A stretch of 38,890 bases of DNA from an uncultured Anaerolineales bacterium (GCA_964516885.1 CAZEXX010000002.1:3369-42258); one strand, 5' to 3'; counted from the first letter of the stretch, positions 26,010 to 36,083 are shown. Numbers and translations: made by a program. Notes: generated by a model not told the origin, from the letters alone.

Positions 26010-26091
26010 ACTATACGCGAAAACAGCTGATCGGACAAGTGATGTCATCGGGTGATGCGCTCATTGATTTCCGGTACGGCTGGGGTAGACT
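26010..26091. promoter_or_regulatory. Divergent promoters for the CSD gene and the HExxH gene
   Basis: Minus strand TTGTCC(26038-33)-17-TATAGT(26015-10); plus strand TTGATT(26064-69)-16-TAGACT(26086-91). Confidence 0.55.
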
Positions 26092-26098
26092 TCCGCCT

Positions 26099-27412
26099 AT
26101 GAAACGTCAACATCAACAACGTGGGTGTGGGGAGCGATGGCTGGGCGTGGCTCTGACGCTTCTAGGCATATCGTTGTTGTTGGGGAGCGGTACTACACCG
26201 TCACTTGATCTGCAGGCAGAACTGGATCAGCTGAGTGCAGGTCAGGCATTCAACTTCTTCTCCTGGGAGGTCGATGCGTTGTTGCAGAAAGCCCTCTATG
26301 GGCTGCTCTCCCCTCAGCGATTCCTGGACGACGAGCAGCAGAGCCGTTTCGTTCTTGCGTATCTGGAAGATGTCGGTGAGGCAAGCCAGCTCTCTGATGA
26401 GATTGACCGGATCTACTCCGATCCCGAAATCGCCCATCCTGACACGGCCAGTCACAAGGAGCAGAAGGCATTTGCTGATTTGCGCAGCAGGATGGCCCGA
26501 CGAGCGCCCATTGCGGAGGCTATCTTGCAGGCTCAGGTGAGCCTGATCCTGGCCGGTGGTGGGGTTGGCGTGCTAGCGTCCATTCTGCCCCCAGTGACCG
26601 GCACCTTCACCCCTCTTCCTACCATCCTGGTGGTCTCCCCACGTGACAAGATCGAGAGCACCTACCAGCAGCAGTTGGTGGCCGGCCTCACGGCCGCCGA
26701 GCGGGTGCAGATTGAGGATCGCGTCATCGATGCGCAACCGGATTATGCTTCCTACGTGACTGAGATCGGGGGATTGGCTGCCTATCCAGCCATGCTGCTG
26801 GAGACTTCGTCGATCGATTGGGTGACGGATGTGTTCGCGCACGAGTGGGTGCACCATTACCTCACCTTCTTCCCCTTGGGGTGGAACTATATGCGCTTTG
26901 GTGAGACCCGCACGATCAACGAGACGACCGCTTCCCTGATTGGCGACTGGGCGGGGCAGGAGATCTTATTGCGGTTCTATGAACCGCTCTTCGTCGCCAG
27001 CAAAGAGCTGCCTGAGGCGTTGGTGGCTGCGCCGCCCGATGAGGGTGATACGGGTCAGGTGTTTGACTTCAGAGCTGAGATGCATCATACGCGTGTCACA
27101 GTGGATGGGATGCTGGCCGAGGGCAAGATCACCGAGGCCGAGTGGTATATGGAAGCGCAGCGGCGCTACTTCGTGGCCAACGGGTACCGTATTCGCAAGC
27201 TGAACCAAGCCTATTTTGCTTTTCACGGGGCCTATGCCAGCACGCCAGGCGGCGCAGCCGGCGAGGATCCTATCGGGCCCTTGGTGCGCCAGGTCTGGGC
27301 CCTGAGCAAAACGCCGGCTGAATTCCTCCAGTCCATTGCGCCGGTGGTGACGCTGGACGATCTCAGGTTGCTGGTGTGGGGCGATGGTGCTACGTCACCG
27401 GGCCCGGCGTAG
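26099..27412 (+). CDS. Exported putative zinc metallopeptidase (HExxH...E, putative aminopeptidase-like)
   Basis: N-terminal hydrophobic segment; AHEWVHHYL...INET; RKLNQAYFAFHGAY; start chosen from promoter position. Confidence 0.7.
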   Translation: MKRQHQQRGCGERWLGVALTLLGISLLLGSGTTPSLDLQAELDQLSAGQAFNFFSWEVDALLQKALYGLLSPQRFLDDEQQSRFVLAYLEDVGEASQLSDEIDRIYSDPEIAHPDTASHKEQKAFADLRSRMARRAPIAEAILQAQVSLILAGGGVGVLASILPPVTGTFTPLPTILVVSPRDKIESTYQQQLVAGLTAAERVQIEDRVIDAQPDYASYVTEIGGLAAYPAMLLETSSIDWVTDVFAHEWVHHYLTFFPLGWNYMRFGETRTINETTASLIGDWAGQEILLRFYEPLFVASKELPEALVAAPPDEGDTGQVFDFRAEMHHTRVTVDGMLAEGKITEAEWYMEAQRRYFVANGYRIRKLNQAYFAFHGAYASTPGGAAGEDPIGPLVRQVWALSKTPAEFLQSIAPVVTLDDLRLLVWGDGATSPGPA

Positions 27413-27415
27413 TCG

Positions 27416-27443
27416 TTGCTCTCGTAGGTCGTTATGGTATAAT
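27416..27443 (+). promoter_or_regulatory. mre operon promoter
   Basis: TTGCTC-16-TATAAT with extended TG. Confidence 0.65.
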
Positions 27444-27481
27444 TCAGGTGTTTTCTGGATAAACTGAGGTCGAGGTAACGA

Positions 27482-28555
27482 TTGTTTAACCCAATTGACT
27501 GGCTTCTAGGGCTCTTCTCGCTGGACATAGGCATCGACCTTGGCACGGCGAACACGCTTGTCTACGTGCGCGGCAAGGGTATCGTCAGCAATGAGCCTTC
27601 CTGGGTGGCGCGGGATCGCTACAGTGGCTTGATTCTGGCCGTGGGTTCTGAGGCGAAGGAGATGGTAGGGAAGACTCCTGATAACATCGTCGCCATTCGG
27701 CCCCTGCGTGACGGCGTGATCTCGGAGTATGACGTCACTGAGGTAATGCTGCGTCATTTCATCGAGAGGGCCCACAGACAGATCCACATACCCACTCCCC
27801 GTCCTCGGGTTGTTGTGGGTATCCCGAGTGGTGTGACTGAGGTGGAGAAGCGCGCTGTGCATGATGCAGCTTTGGAAGCCGGGGCCCGTGAAGCTTACTT
27901 GATCGAGGAGCCCATGGCTGCGGCTCTGGGGGCCGGCCTGCCGGTGACAGAGCCGCAGGGCAGTATGATAGTTGACATCGGCGGTGGCACGACTGAGGTC
28001 GCCGTCTTTGCTTTGAAGGGCATTGTCGTCAGCCGGAGCCTGCGTATTGCCGGTGACGAGCTCGATGAGGATATTGTGCTGTACGCTCGCCAGAAGTACA
28101 ATCTCGCTATCAGTGAGCGCATGGCCGAGCGCATCAAGATCAACATCGGATCGGCCTATCCCCTGCCTGAAGAGCGCACAATGGCAATGCGTGGCCGCAA
28201 CTTGATCACGGGCCTGCCTGATGAGATCGAGATCAGCAGTATCGAGATCCGCGAGGCTTTGAGTCGTTCCACCAACGTTATCGTCGATCTGGTGCGTGAT
28301 GCGCTGGATGAAACACCGCCGGAGCTGATCTCTGACTTGATGGAGACAGGGATCTGTCTGGCCGGTGGTGGTGCCCTGCTCAAGGGGCTGGCGGAACGTA
28401 TCAGCGAAGAAACGCACATCCGGGCCTGGGTGGCCCAGGCCCCGCTGACCTGCGTGGCCCGTGGCGCGGGTTTGGTGTTGGAGAACTTCGATGCACTGCG
28501 GGCAACGCTATTCTCCGATGACAACTGGCGCCCCGGAGGCTCTGCTTCCTGGTAG
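27482..28555 (+). CDS. mreB: Rod shape-determining protein MreB
   Basis: IGIDLGTANT, IEEPMAAA, DIGGGTTE, GGGALL. Confidence 0.97.
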   Translation: MFNPIDWLLGLFSLDIGIDLGTANTLVYVRGKGIVSNEPSWVARDRYSGLILAVGSEAKEMVGKTPDNIVAIRPLRDGVISEYDVTEVMLRHFIERAHRQIHIPTPRPRVVVGIPSGVTEVEKRAVHDAALEAGAREAYLIEEPMAAALGAGLPVTEPQGSMIVDIGGGTTEVAVFALKGIVVSRSLRIAGDELDEDIVLYARQKYNLAISERMAERIKINIGSAYPLPEERTMAMRGRNLITGLPDEIEISSIEIREALSRSTNVIVDLVRDALDETPPELISDLMETGICLAGGGALLKGLAERISEETHIRAWVAQAPLTCVARGAGLVLENFDALRATLFSDDNWRPGGSASW

Positions 28556-28631
28556 TCACTGGGCAGCGTCGTATGCCAATGAGAGATCGACGTTCCAGAT
28601 GGGGGGACGACAGCGGCGTTGAGGGTGCCAA

Positions 28632-29507
28632 ATGAAGCGCGACCGCGGGCTCTGGTTGGCTTGGGTGTTGTTGATCCTTGCCCTGGTCCTCATTGTTCTC
28701 AGTGAGTCCGGTGCTCTCGGCCCCGTAGAAGGAGTGCTGAGCTTCGTGGTTGCACCGGTCGAGCGCGCGGTCTCGGCGATCGTCAAGGGCGTGGGCTCTG
28801 TAGCGGGCGATACACGTGACGTTGCTGAGTTGCAGCAGCGCGTGGCTGAGCTAGCGTCTGCTAATGAAGCGCTCGTTCAGGAGAACTTCCGTCTGAGGGA
28901 ATACCAGGCGGAGAATGAGGAGCTGCGACGCCAGCTCAACTTCCACCAAGAGAACCCCACTTATGGTTCCATCGGCGTTGACGTTGTGGAACACGGCTGC
29001 ACGATCTTCCCTTGCGGCACTGTGGTGGGCCAGGATACCAACCCCTATCTCCGCTTCGTTATCATCACTGTGGGCTCGCAGCATGGCGTGGCCGTGGGCA
29101 TGCCGGTGGTGACCGGCGGCGCGGCGATGATCGGCCGGATTGCGCGCACCTCGCCCAACCTCTCCTATGTTCAGCTTATCAATGACCCGGCCAGCCTCGT
29201 CGTGGCGATGCTGCAGCAGTCACGGGTGATGGGAGTCGTGGAGGGAACCGAGGAGGGGCGGTTGCTGATGACCAACATCCTTCCGGATGAAGAGGTCGCC
29301 GAAGGTGAGACGATCATCACGTCCTCAATCGGTGGGATGTTGCCGCGCGGGTTGATCTTGGGTCAGGTCGAGTCCGTGACTTATCTGGAGTCAGATCTGT
29401 TCCAGCAGGCTGTGATCCGTCCGGCCGTTGATTTCCGCCGTATCGAAACGGTCCTGGTCATCACGGATTTCCCACAACCGGATCTGGATGAGCTAGCCAT
29501 CCCATGA
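28632..29507 (+). CDS. mreC: Rod shape-determining protein MreC
   Basis: N-terminal TM, coiled coil ENEELRRQL, G...GV..GMPV, TSS.GG..P.GL; synteny. Confidence 0.93.
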   Translation: MKRDRGLWLAWVLLILALVLIVLSESGALGPVEGVLSFVVAPVERAVSAIVKGVGSVAGDTRDVAELQQRVAELASANEALVQENFRLREYQAENEELRRQLNFHQENPTYGSIGVDVVEHGCTIFPCGTVVGQDTNPYLRFVIITVGSQHGVAVGMPVVTGGAAMIGRIARTSPNLSYVQLINDPASLVVAMLQQSRVMGVVEGTEEGRLLMTNILPDEEVAEGETIITSSIGGMLPRGLILGQVESVTYLESDLFQQAVIRPAVDFRRIETVLVITDFPQPDLDELAIP

Positions 29508-30010
29508 GCCTCTACTATGGTATCCCGATTCTCCTCATCGCAGCGGTGGTGCAGAGCTCGTGGCTGGAGGATGTCCAGATATTGGGCGGACGTCCGGATC
29601 TGGTGCTGCTGTTGGTCGTGACCTGGTCGATTATCCGGGGCGCCAGAGAGGGTGCCGTCTGGGGATTCGTCGGCGGACTCTGCTGCGATCTGCTCTCAGG
29701 AGGCAGTTTCGGGCTCTGGACGTTGTCGTTGACCGTCGTTGGTTTTCTGGCCGGGCAGCCCTGGGTTCATGCGCTGGGCCCCACTCTTATGAGGCTGGCC
29801 CTGATGTCGGCGTTGGGAACGGTTCTGGGCCACTTGGTCCTCCTGTTGACGATGATCTTGTTGGGATATGTAGTGAGTCTTGGCCGCGGATTCCAGACAG
29901 TGGCACTCCCAGCGGCCGTGCTGAACTTCCTGCTCTCGCCGTTCGCTTTCACCTTCCTGGTCTGGTTCCACCATCGCTCCCGCGCGCAATTGGGAGGATT
30001 TTCCCAATGA
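29504..30010 (+). CDS. mreD: Rod shape-determining protein MreD
   Basis: RPDLVLL..V.W, GF.GGL..DL.S; ATGA overlaps on both sides. Confidence 0.92.
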   Translation: MSLYYGIPILLIAAVVQSSWLEDVQILGGRPDLVLLLVVTWSIIRGAREGAVWGFVGGLCCDLLSGGSFGLWTLSLTVVGFLAGQPWVHALGPTLMRLALMSALGTVLGHLVLLLTMILLGYVVSLGRGFQTVALPAAVLNFLLSPFAFTFLVWFHHRSRAQLGGFSQ

Positions 30011-32208
30011 GCCGCCGGTTTGGCTTGCTGAGGGCAGGATTGGGTGATCGCCGGCGTGAGGGGCGTGAGTCCACCGATGATGGCGCGTCAAGGTCAGCTT
30101 GGTTCGTCAAGTCTCCGCGTGTCGCCCTCTTGGGGTGGGTGATCCTGCTTGTTCTGGGCCTCTACACCATTCGACTCTGGCAGCTGCAGTTTCTTGAGGG
30201 TGGTTCGTGGCTGGCTCGGGCGGAGGAGCAGCAAAGCCGTTTGCTGACGATTAGCCCGCCGCGGGGCGTGATTTACGACCGAAATGGCGATATCCTGGTC
30301 CGCAACGTGGCCGCTTACAACGTGACCATCACACCGGGTGAGTTACCGGATGACCTTGAGCGGGAACGTGAGATCTTGATGCGCCTTGCGCAGCTCTTGG
30401 ACATCCCCTACAGCACGACCGAGGGCTTCGACCAGCCGGAGTACCGCGGCGAGATCAGCGCGATTGGGCGCGCGGGCTTCCCGCCGTTTGGGGAGGCCCC
30501 GTCTCCCGGTCTGTTGGAGATGGTTGAGGCGGTGCGGTGGTTGGAGCCCTATGCGCCGATTGTGGTGGATGAGAACATCGATCGCGATCTCGCGCTACTA
30601 ATCGCGCAAGAGGGAAGCGTGACAATGCCGGGCACCGGCATCGAGACTATCTCACGACGCAGGTATGTCTACGGCGCACTCACCTCCCAAGTTCTGGGTT
30701 TCCTTGGACCAATTCCGCCGGACAGCGTTGAGACCTACAAGCAGAAGGGCTACAATGCCAGTGTGGACCGGATTGGCTATGCCGGCGTGGAGGCCCAGCT
30801 AGAGGAAGAGTTCCGCGGCGTTCCCGGACGGCAGTTGGTAGAGAAAGATGTGCTGGGACAGCAGTTGGCGATCCTGAGTGAGACCGCTCCGCGCCCTGGG
30901 GACAATGTCTACCTGACACTGGATATGCGTCTGCAGGCGGTGGCCCAACAAGCCCTGCTGCAGGGGATGGAAGAGGCCGGGTCCGAGCGTGGGGCTCTTG
31001 TGGTCCTGGATCCGCGCGATGGCCAGGTGCTGGCATTGGTCAGCTTGCCCACCTATGACAACAACATGTTCAGCAAGAGGCTGGATGAGGATGCGTATCA
31101 GGCATTGTTGGACAACCCGCACTTCCCATTCCTCAACCATGCGATTGCTGATCAAGTGCCTCCGGGCTCTGTCTTCAAGATCATCCCCGCCTCCGCGGGT
31201 CTGCAAGAGGGCATCATCAACCGCTATACCACACTCAACTGTCCCGGTCGCATGCTGCTACCGAACAAGTTTGCGCCGGACGATGCGTCGTTGGCCCAGC
31301 CCTTCTACTGCTGGATTCAACTCCAGTACGGTCATGGCCACGGCCCGCTCAGCGTGGTCGATGCGCTGGCTCAGTCGTGCGATATCTTCTTCTACCAAGT
31401 CGGCGGCGGCTTGGAGGAAACCGAGTTCGAAGGTCTGGGTGTCGATCGTCTGGCGGCTTATGCAACCGAGTTCGGTCTGGGAAGCCCAACCGGTATCGAC
31501 ATCCCCGGTGAGGCGGGAGGCCTGGTTCCCACACCGCTTTGGAAGCGCCAGGTCCACCAGGAGACGTGGACGACGGGCAATACCTACAACTTCTCCATCG
31601 GCCAGGGCGATGTGCTCGTGACGCCCCTCCAGATGGTCAATGCATTGGCCGTGGTGGCCAATGGCGGCGTGCTCTACAAGCCGCAGGTGGTGCACCATAT
31701 CGAGGACGCTGACGGGAACACGATTCAGCCTTTCACTCCAGTGGTGAGCCACACCCTGCAGATCGACCAGGCCGTCTGGCAGATCGTGCGTGAGGGACTT
31801 GACCTGGCGGTCTCCGAGACAGGAACGGGTAACCGCGCGCTGCTGGACGATATCGGCATCAATATCGCCGGCAAGACGGGAACTGCTGAGTACTGTGACA
31901 TCATCGCGCTAAAGGCCGGGCGGTGTGATATCGCGGAACATGAAACGCTGCCCACGCATGCCTGGTTCATGGCGTATGGTCCCACGGAGGCTCCGGAGAT
32001 TGCGGCGGTTGCCTGGATCTACGACGGCGGTGAGGGTTCGGTCACGGCGGCCCCGGTCATCAAAGAGGTGCTGGACTTCTACTTCCGCAGGGAGCTGGGC
32101 CTCCTCGGTGTGGTAGAAGCTGTGCCGGAGGGTGAACAAGACAGTCAGGGGCCAGTCGATGGTGCACTGCCCGTACCTATTGAGCCGGCACCTGCTGTGC
32201 AGCCCTGA
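30007..32208 (+). CDS. mrdA: Penicillin-binding protein 2
   Basis: RG.IYDRNG, PGSVFK (SxxK), SCD (SxN/D), KTGTAE; true start ATG 30007 overlaps the mreD stop. Confidence 0.95.
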   Translation: MSRRFGLLRAGLGDRRREGRESTDDGASRSAWFVKSPRVALLGWVILLVLGLYTIRLWQLQFLEGGSWLARAEEQQSRLLTISPPRGVIYDRNGDILVRNVAAYNVTITPGELPDDLEREREILMRLAQLLDIPYSTTEGFDQPEYRGEISAIGRAGFPPFGEAPSPGLLEMVEAVRWLEPYAPIVVDENIDRDLALLIAQEGSVTMPGTGIETISRRRYVYGALTSQVLGFLGPIPPDSVETYKQKGYNASVDRIGYAGVEAQLEEEFRGVPGRQLVEKDVLGQQLAILSETAPRPGDNVYLTLDMRLQAVAQQALLQGMEEAGSERGALVVLDPRDGQVLALVSLPTYDNNMFSKRLDEDAYQALLDNPHFPFLNHAIADQVPPGSVFKIIPASAGLQEGIINRYTTLNCPGRMLLPNKFAPDDASLAQPFYCWIQLQYGHGHGPLSVVDALAQSCDIFFYQVGGGLEETEFEGLGVDRLAAYATEFGLGSPTGIDIPGEAGGLVPTPLWKRQVHQETWTTGNTYNFSIGQGDVLVTPLQMVNALAVVANGGVLYKPQVVHHIEDADGNTIQPFTPVVSHTLQIDQAVWQIVREGLDLAVSETGTGNRALLDDIGINIAGKTGTAEYCDIIALKAGRCDIAEHETLPTHAWFMAYGPTEAPEIAAVAWIYDGGEGSVTAAPVIKEVLDFYFRRELGLLGVVEAVPEGEQDSQGPVDGALPVPIEPAPAVQP

Positions 32209-32431
32209 CTGTCGGGACGATGCGTTTGGTCCAGGAATTGCTATGTGGATCTATGGTGCGCGGACATCCAAGTGGCATCTGTGCGCGCACTGGCACAGGC
32301 TTCACTCCGTACCGGCTGCCCACTCGGCTGATACCGGTTCGGAGCGCCCAAGATGCCCGCGATACGGCGGACATCATTGTTCGCACACCACCACCAGCAC
32401 ACGTTAACGATCAGGCCTTGGTTCGCCTTCC

Positions 32432-35400
32432 ATGACAACAGATATCCGCTTTCGATCTGGCGCCTGGCTAAGCTGGGCTTCTATGGCCGCCGGTGGGGCT
32501 GTCTGGGGAACCGGCGCTGCCCGCACGCTTGCCCAGGATCTGCATACTGCTTTCTGCCACGGCCTGCCAGGCACCGCTCTCATTGCGCTGCTGGGTGCTG
32601 TGGCTGCTGTTGCGGTAGGTCGGCTGCTGAGCCGACGGGGAGACGGTGTCCCGTCTGCAGGTGCATTCCTGCCCCTGCTACTGCCCCTGCTGGATGTGCT
32701 GAGCGGAACGTGCCAGCCCTGGCGAGGACCGGTGCTCTTGGCCGGCAGTATCATAGCCATACTCCTCTTTGCGGCACGACTGGACCACTGGAACTGGCTG
32801 GCTTTGACGGTCGCTCTGCCCTTGATCGTGTATCTGCCTGATCTCTCACCCTACGTGGGACGCGCCGATACCTTCGAATTTCAGGTCATCGGCCCCCAGT
32901 TGGGGATTGCCCACCCGAGCGGCTATCCGCTGTACACTCTGATCTGCAAGCTCTTCTCGTGGCTGCCCTTCGGTTCCGTTGCCTGGCGCATAAATCTCTC
33001 CTCGGCGGTCTTCGCCTCGTTGGCCGCCGGCTGTCTCTTCCTGGCTCTGGTGTCCGACCTGGATGACGGGCCCACCGAGCGGGCGAGTCCGCTGGCGTTC
33101 CTGGCGGCCATGATTCTGGCGTTCTCACCGACACTATGGGCGCGTTCGATCGAAGCCGAGGTCTATGCGCTGAATGGTTGCTTGGTGGCGCTGACCCTGC
33201 TGCTGGCGGTCCGCTGGCACGCGGGCCGTCTCCAGCCGCGACGTGCCTGGCCGGCCATGGGGCTCTTGATCGGTGTAGCGATCTCCTCCCATATTACGCT
33301 GGTCGCACTCGCTGCTTTGGCCGCCACCGGCCTGCTGGTCAAGCTGCTGCGACCACGGGCTAGCACGTGGGGATGGGCCCTGCTGCTGGGCGCTCTGGGG
33401 ATCTCCCTCTATGCTTACATCCCCCTGCGGTGGCCCGCGGTCACGGGCGGTGAGTGGATGTCGCCGCAGGCGTTTTTCCGCTTCGTGACCAACGCCGACT
33501 CCGGCGGCGCGCTGCGTCCGTTGGCCTTTTATCAGGACCCAGCGCGCTGGGTCCTGGTCGGTCGTCTCTTTGTGGCCCAAGTTGGGTGGGGCGGGCTCTT
33601 CCTGGCTGTGGTCGGCCTAGTGGCGTTGGCGCGGCGGCGCCCGGAGCTGGCAATGGGGACGGTGCTCGCCTTTGGGGCTTGGGTGTGGTTCAATCTTAGC
33701 TTCTATGTCGCGGATCCCGATTACTCCGCGTTTCTCATCCCCGCTCACGTGGTGTTGGTCTATTGGCTAGGGCATGGGGCACTGGCCTTGGACCACGCCA
33801 TTCCGGCACGCCATCAGTGGCTGCGTTCGGCTTACCTCACGCTGCTAGCTGCCTTAGCGCTGAGCCGGGTCTGGCAGACCGGCCCTGCGCTGGACACCAG
33901 ATCTCAGGGGCGCGCGGACGAGGCCTGGGCTCGCTACGTGTTGGCGCAGCCGCTGGTGGAGGACGCCGCCATTCTTGCGGACAGCGAGAAGTTCCCGCCG
34001 CTCTACTATCTTCAGCAGGTCGAGGGGCTGCGGCCTGACCTGGACTTGGTCACGCTCTTCAGCGAAGCTCAGTACCGGGCGGATCTTGAGGCCCGGCTGA
34101 GCGCAGGCCAGACGGTCTACCTGGCGCGTTATCTGCCGGGGATGGACGCGTTTGGTGTCAGCTCTCAAGGGCCGCTCGTCGCTGTCGCTACCCCGGAACC
34201 GGTGTCGCACACGGTGGACGCCGGGGCGTTCGCCGGGGCCAACACTGGTGTCGATTTCGGTGGCCTTATGACGCTGGTGGGTCACAGACTTGTGCTTGAT
34301 CCTGAGGATCGACCACTGCATCATCTTACCCTGACGTGGAAGGCGCGCACAACCGGCATAGATGATCTGGCCGTGCGGCTGCGCTTGCTCAGCCCCGCGG
34401 ACGGCTCGGTTGTGTGGGAACTGGCGGGTTCGCGGCCTGTCAGCGGCTACAGCACGATGCAAGCCTGGCCGGTGGGCAGGCAGGTTGACGACTACTACGC
34501 GCTGGCTTGGCCTTCGTGGTTGCCTGGGGGCACGTATCAGTTGGAGATATCGCTCTTCCCGCGTTTCGGTGAGCAGGGACTGCCGGTTGTCAGCGATGAC
34601 GGGATGTGGTATCCGCTGGATCAGGTCACCGTGCCCGCGCAGCCCGTGCCTGCCACAACTCAGCGGCTGGCGGTGCTTTTCGATGCGCAGGTCTGGCTGG
34701 TGGGGCAGAGCGTCGCGCAGGAAGTGTCGGCTGGGGGGGCGGTAGCGCTGGATCTGGCCTGGCTCTGCCGCGCCCCGTCCGCAGGCGGTTCTATGCCGTC
34801 AGTAGCTGGTGATTCGGGCTCCGGCAGCGTGCCGCGGGTGCGATGGGTGCCTCTCGAGGGTGGGGTGCCACTGACACAGCCACTGTATGCCCTGGGCGAA
34901 CCGCAGTTGTCGGAGCTTTGTCTGTCCGGGGCCACGGCGCCGGCACTGCGCCGGTATGGCGTTGGCGTGCCGGCGGAGCCGGGGAACTACAGACTGGGCG
35001 TGTTCTGGCCGTCGGGAGAGACTGCGCCGGCAGGGCGTCCGGTGCAATGCCGGTGGTTGGGTGCGCCCGCAGAGGTCTGCCCTCTCTCCGAGGTCCGAGT
35101 GGTGGCGACAGCCACAGGACTGGCCAATTTCGATGGCCGGCTTCTGCTTCAGGAGGCTGCTGTTGATGCCGGGGATGTCCCGGCCGGCGGCCAGCTTGCC
35201 GTTGACCTCCGCTGGCGTGCCCTGCAGAGCTTGGATCGTGACTACACCGTCTTCGTGCAAGTTGTCGGACCAGACGGCAAGCTGTATGGCCAGGTAGATA
35301 GCTGGCCCGTGCAGGGCGCGCGTCCGACGAGTGGTTGGCGTGCCGGTGAGGAGACTGACGACCTCTATCGCTTCTATGTCCCACTGAACGGTCCGGTCGG

Positions 35401-35521
35401 TGACTACCGTGTCATCGTCGGCTGGTATCTTCTGGCCGATATGTCGCGTCTGCCGGTCGTGGACGCTGCCGGGCGCGAGGTTGGCGACTTCTACGAGGTC
35501 GGCATCTTCCCGCTGCCCTAG
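32432..35521 (+). CDS. DUF2723 / TMEM260-like GT-C glycosyltransferase with repeated extracellular beta domains
   Basis: DTFEFQ...LGIAHPSGYPLYTL, SIEAEVYAL, YIPLR; many TM segments; C-terminal repeated domains. Confidence 0.85.
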   Translation: MTTDIRFRSGAWLSWASMAAGGAVWGTGAARTLAQDLHTAFCHGLPGTALIALLGAVAAVAVGRLLSRRGDGVPSAGAFLPLLLPLLDVLSGTCQPWRGPVLLAGSIIAILLFAARLDHWNWLALTVALPLIVYLPDLSPYVGRADTFEFQVIGPQLGIAHPSGYPLYTLICKLFSWLPFGSVAWRINLSSAVFASLAAGCLFLALVSDLDDGPTERASPLAFLAAMILAFSPTLWARSIEAEVYALNGCLVALTLLLAVRWHAGRLQPRRAWPAMGLLIGVAISSHITLVALAALAATGLLVKLLRPRASTWGWALLLGALGISLYAYIPLRWPAVTGGEWMSPQAFFRFVTNADSGGALRPLAFYQDPARWVLVGRLFVAQVGWGGLFLAVVGLVALARRRPELAMGTVLAFGAWVWFNLSFYVADPDYSAFLIPAHVVLVYWLGHGALALDHAIPARHQWLRSAYLTLLAALALSRVWQTGPALDTRSQGRADEAWARYVLAQPLVEDAAILADSEKFPPLYYLQQVEGLRPDLDLVTLFSEAQYRADLEARLSAGQTVYLARYLPGMDAFGVSSQGPLVAVATPEPVSHTVDAGAFAGANTGVDFGGLMTLVGHRLVLDPEDRPLHHLTLTWKARTTGIDDLAVRLRLLSPADGSVVWELAGSRPVSGYSTMQAWPVGRQVDDYYALAWPSWLPGGTYQLEISLFPRFGEQGLPVVSDDGMWYPLDQVTVPAQPVPATTQRLAVLFDAQVWLVGQSVAQEVSAGGAVALDLAWLCRAPSAGGSMPSVAGDSGSGSVPRVRWVPLEGGVPLTQPLYALGEPQLSELCLSGATAPALRRYGVGVPAEPGNYRLGVFWPSGETAPAGRPVQCRWLGAPAEVCPLSEVRVVATATGLANFDGRLLLQEAAVDAGDVPAGGQLAVDLRWRALQSLDRDYTVFVQVVGPDGKLYGQVDSWPVQGARPTSGWRAGEETDDLYRFYVPLNGPVGDYRVIVGWYLLADMSRLPVVDAAGREVGDFYEVGIFPLP

Positions 35522-35539
35522 ATTCAGGGTGAGTTGTGG

Positions 35540-35597
35540 CTGACACAGGTGACTTGCTGGGCTATAATGGTTAGCATGCTAAATATTAGGTATCGAA
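35540..35597 (+). promoter_or_regulatory. marR promoter with palindromic operator
   Basis: CTGACA-17-TATAAT(35563-68); perfect palindrome TTAGCATGCTAA at 35571-82; degenerate second copy at 35586-97. Confidence 0.75.
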
Positions 35598-35615
35598 CTA
35601 ATGGAGGGTGAGCCG

Positions 35616-36050
35616 ATGGCGGAACTCGGGAGTGTGCCGACGGTGCGATTGCTGATGAGAGCGATGAAGCTGCATTACGGCAATATCGATGCCAAACTGG
35701 CGGGGCTGGGGCTTCACCGGGGGCAAGCCGCAATCCTCAGCGCGCTCTGGCACGAAGAAGGTATTGCTCAGACCGAGATCGCCGCACGGACATGGGTCAG
35801 CCCTGCCACGATGACCCACGCACTGCAGCGGATGGAACGGGTCGGGCTGATCGAGCGACGACCTGATCCGGAGGATCAGCGGCGGTCATGCGTCTATCTT
35901 ACGGATGCCGGTCGGGCGTTGGAGGGCCCAGTCAAGCAGGCTTGGGCCGATATTGAGGGCAGGATGCTGGATGGCTTTTCACAGGAGGAACAGACGCTGC
36001 TGCGACAGTTGCTGATGGGGATGATCGCGAATATGGAGAAAGGTGTTTAG
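35616..36050 (+). CDS. MarR family transcriptional regulator
   Basis: Q..IL..L, LQRMERVGLIER..DPEDQR...VYLT..G; GGAGG RBS before ATG 35616. Confidence 0.93.
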   Translation: MAELGSVPTVRLLMRAMKLHYGNIDAKLAGLGLHRGQAAILSALWHEEGIAQTEIAARTWVSPATMTHALQRMERVGLIERRPDPEDQRRSCVYLTDAGRALEGPVKQAWADIEGRMLDGFSQEEQTLLRQLLMGMIANMEKGV

Positions 36051-36083
36051 TATGACGCTGACAGTACTATGGAGGAAGGCCGT

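Noticed and set aside
25823-26098. N-terminal extension of the HExxH ORF
   Set aside because: Overlaps the divergent CSD gene and both promoters; ATG 26099 fits better
27506-28417. 303-aa minus-strand ORF
   Set aside because: Antisense shadow of mreB
29560-30006. 149-aa N-terminal extension of PBP2
   Set aside because: Out-of-frame overlap with mreD; the real start is ATG 30007 with a GGAGG RBS
32220-32435. 71-aa ORF whose stop overlaps the DUF2723 start (ATGA)
   Set aside because: No recognisable motif, weak RBS; cannot be supported without homologs
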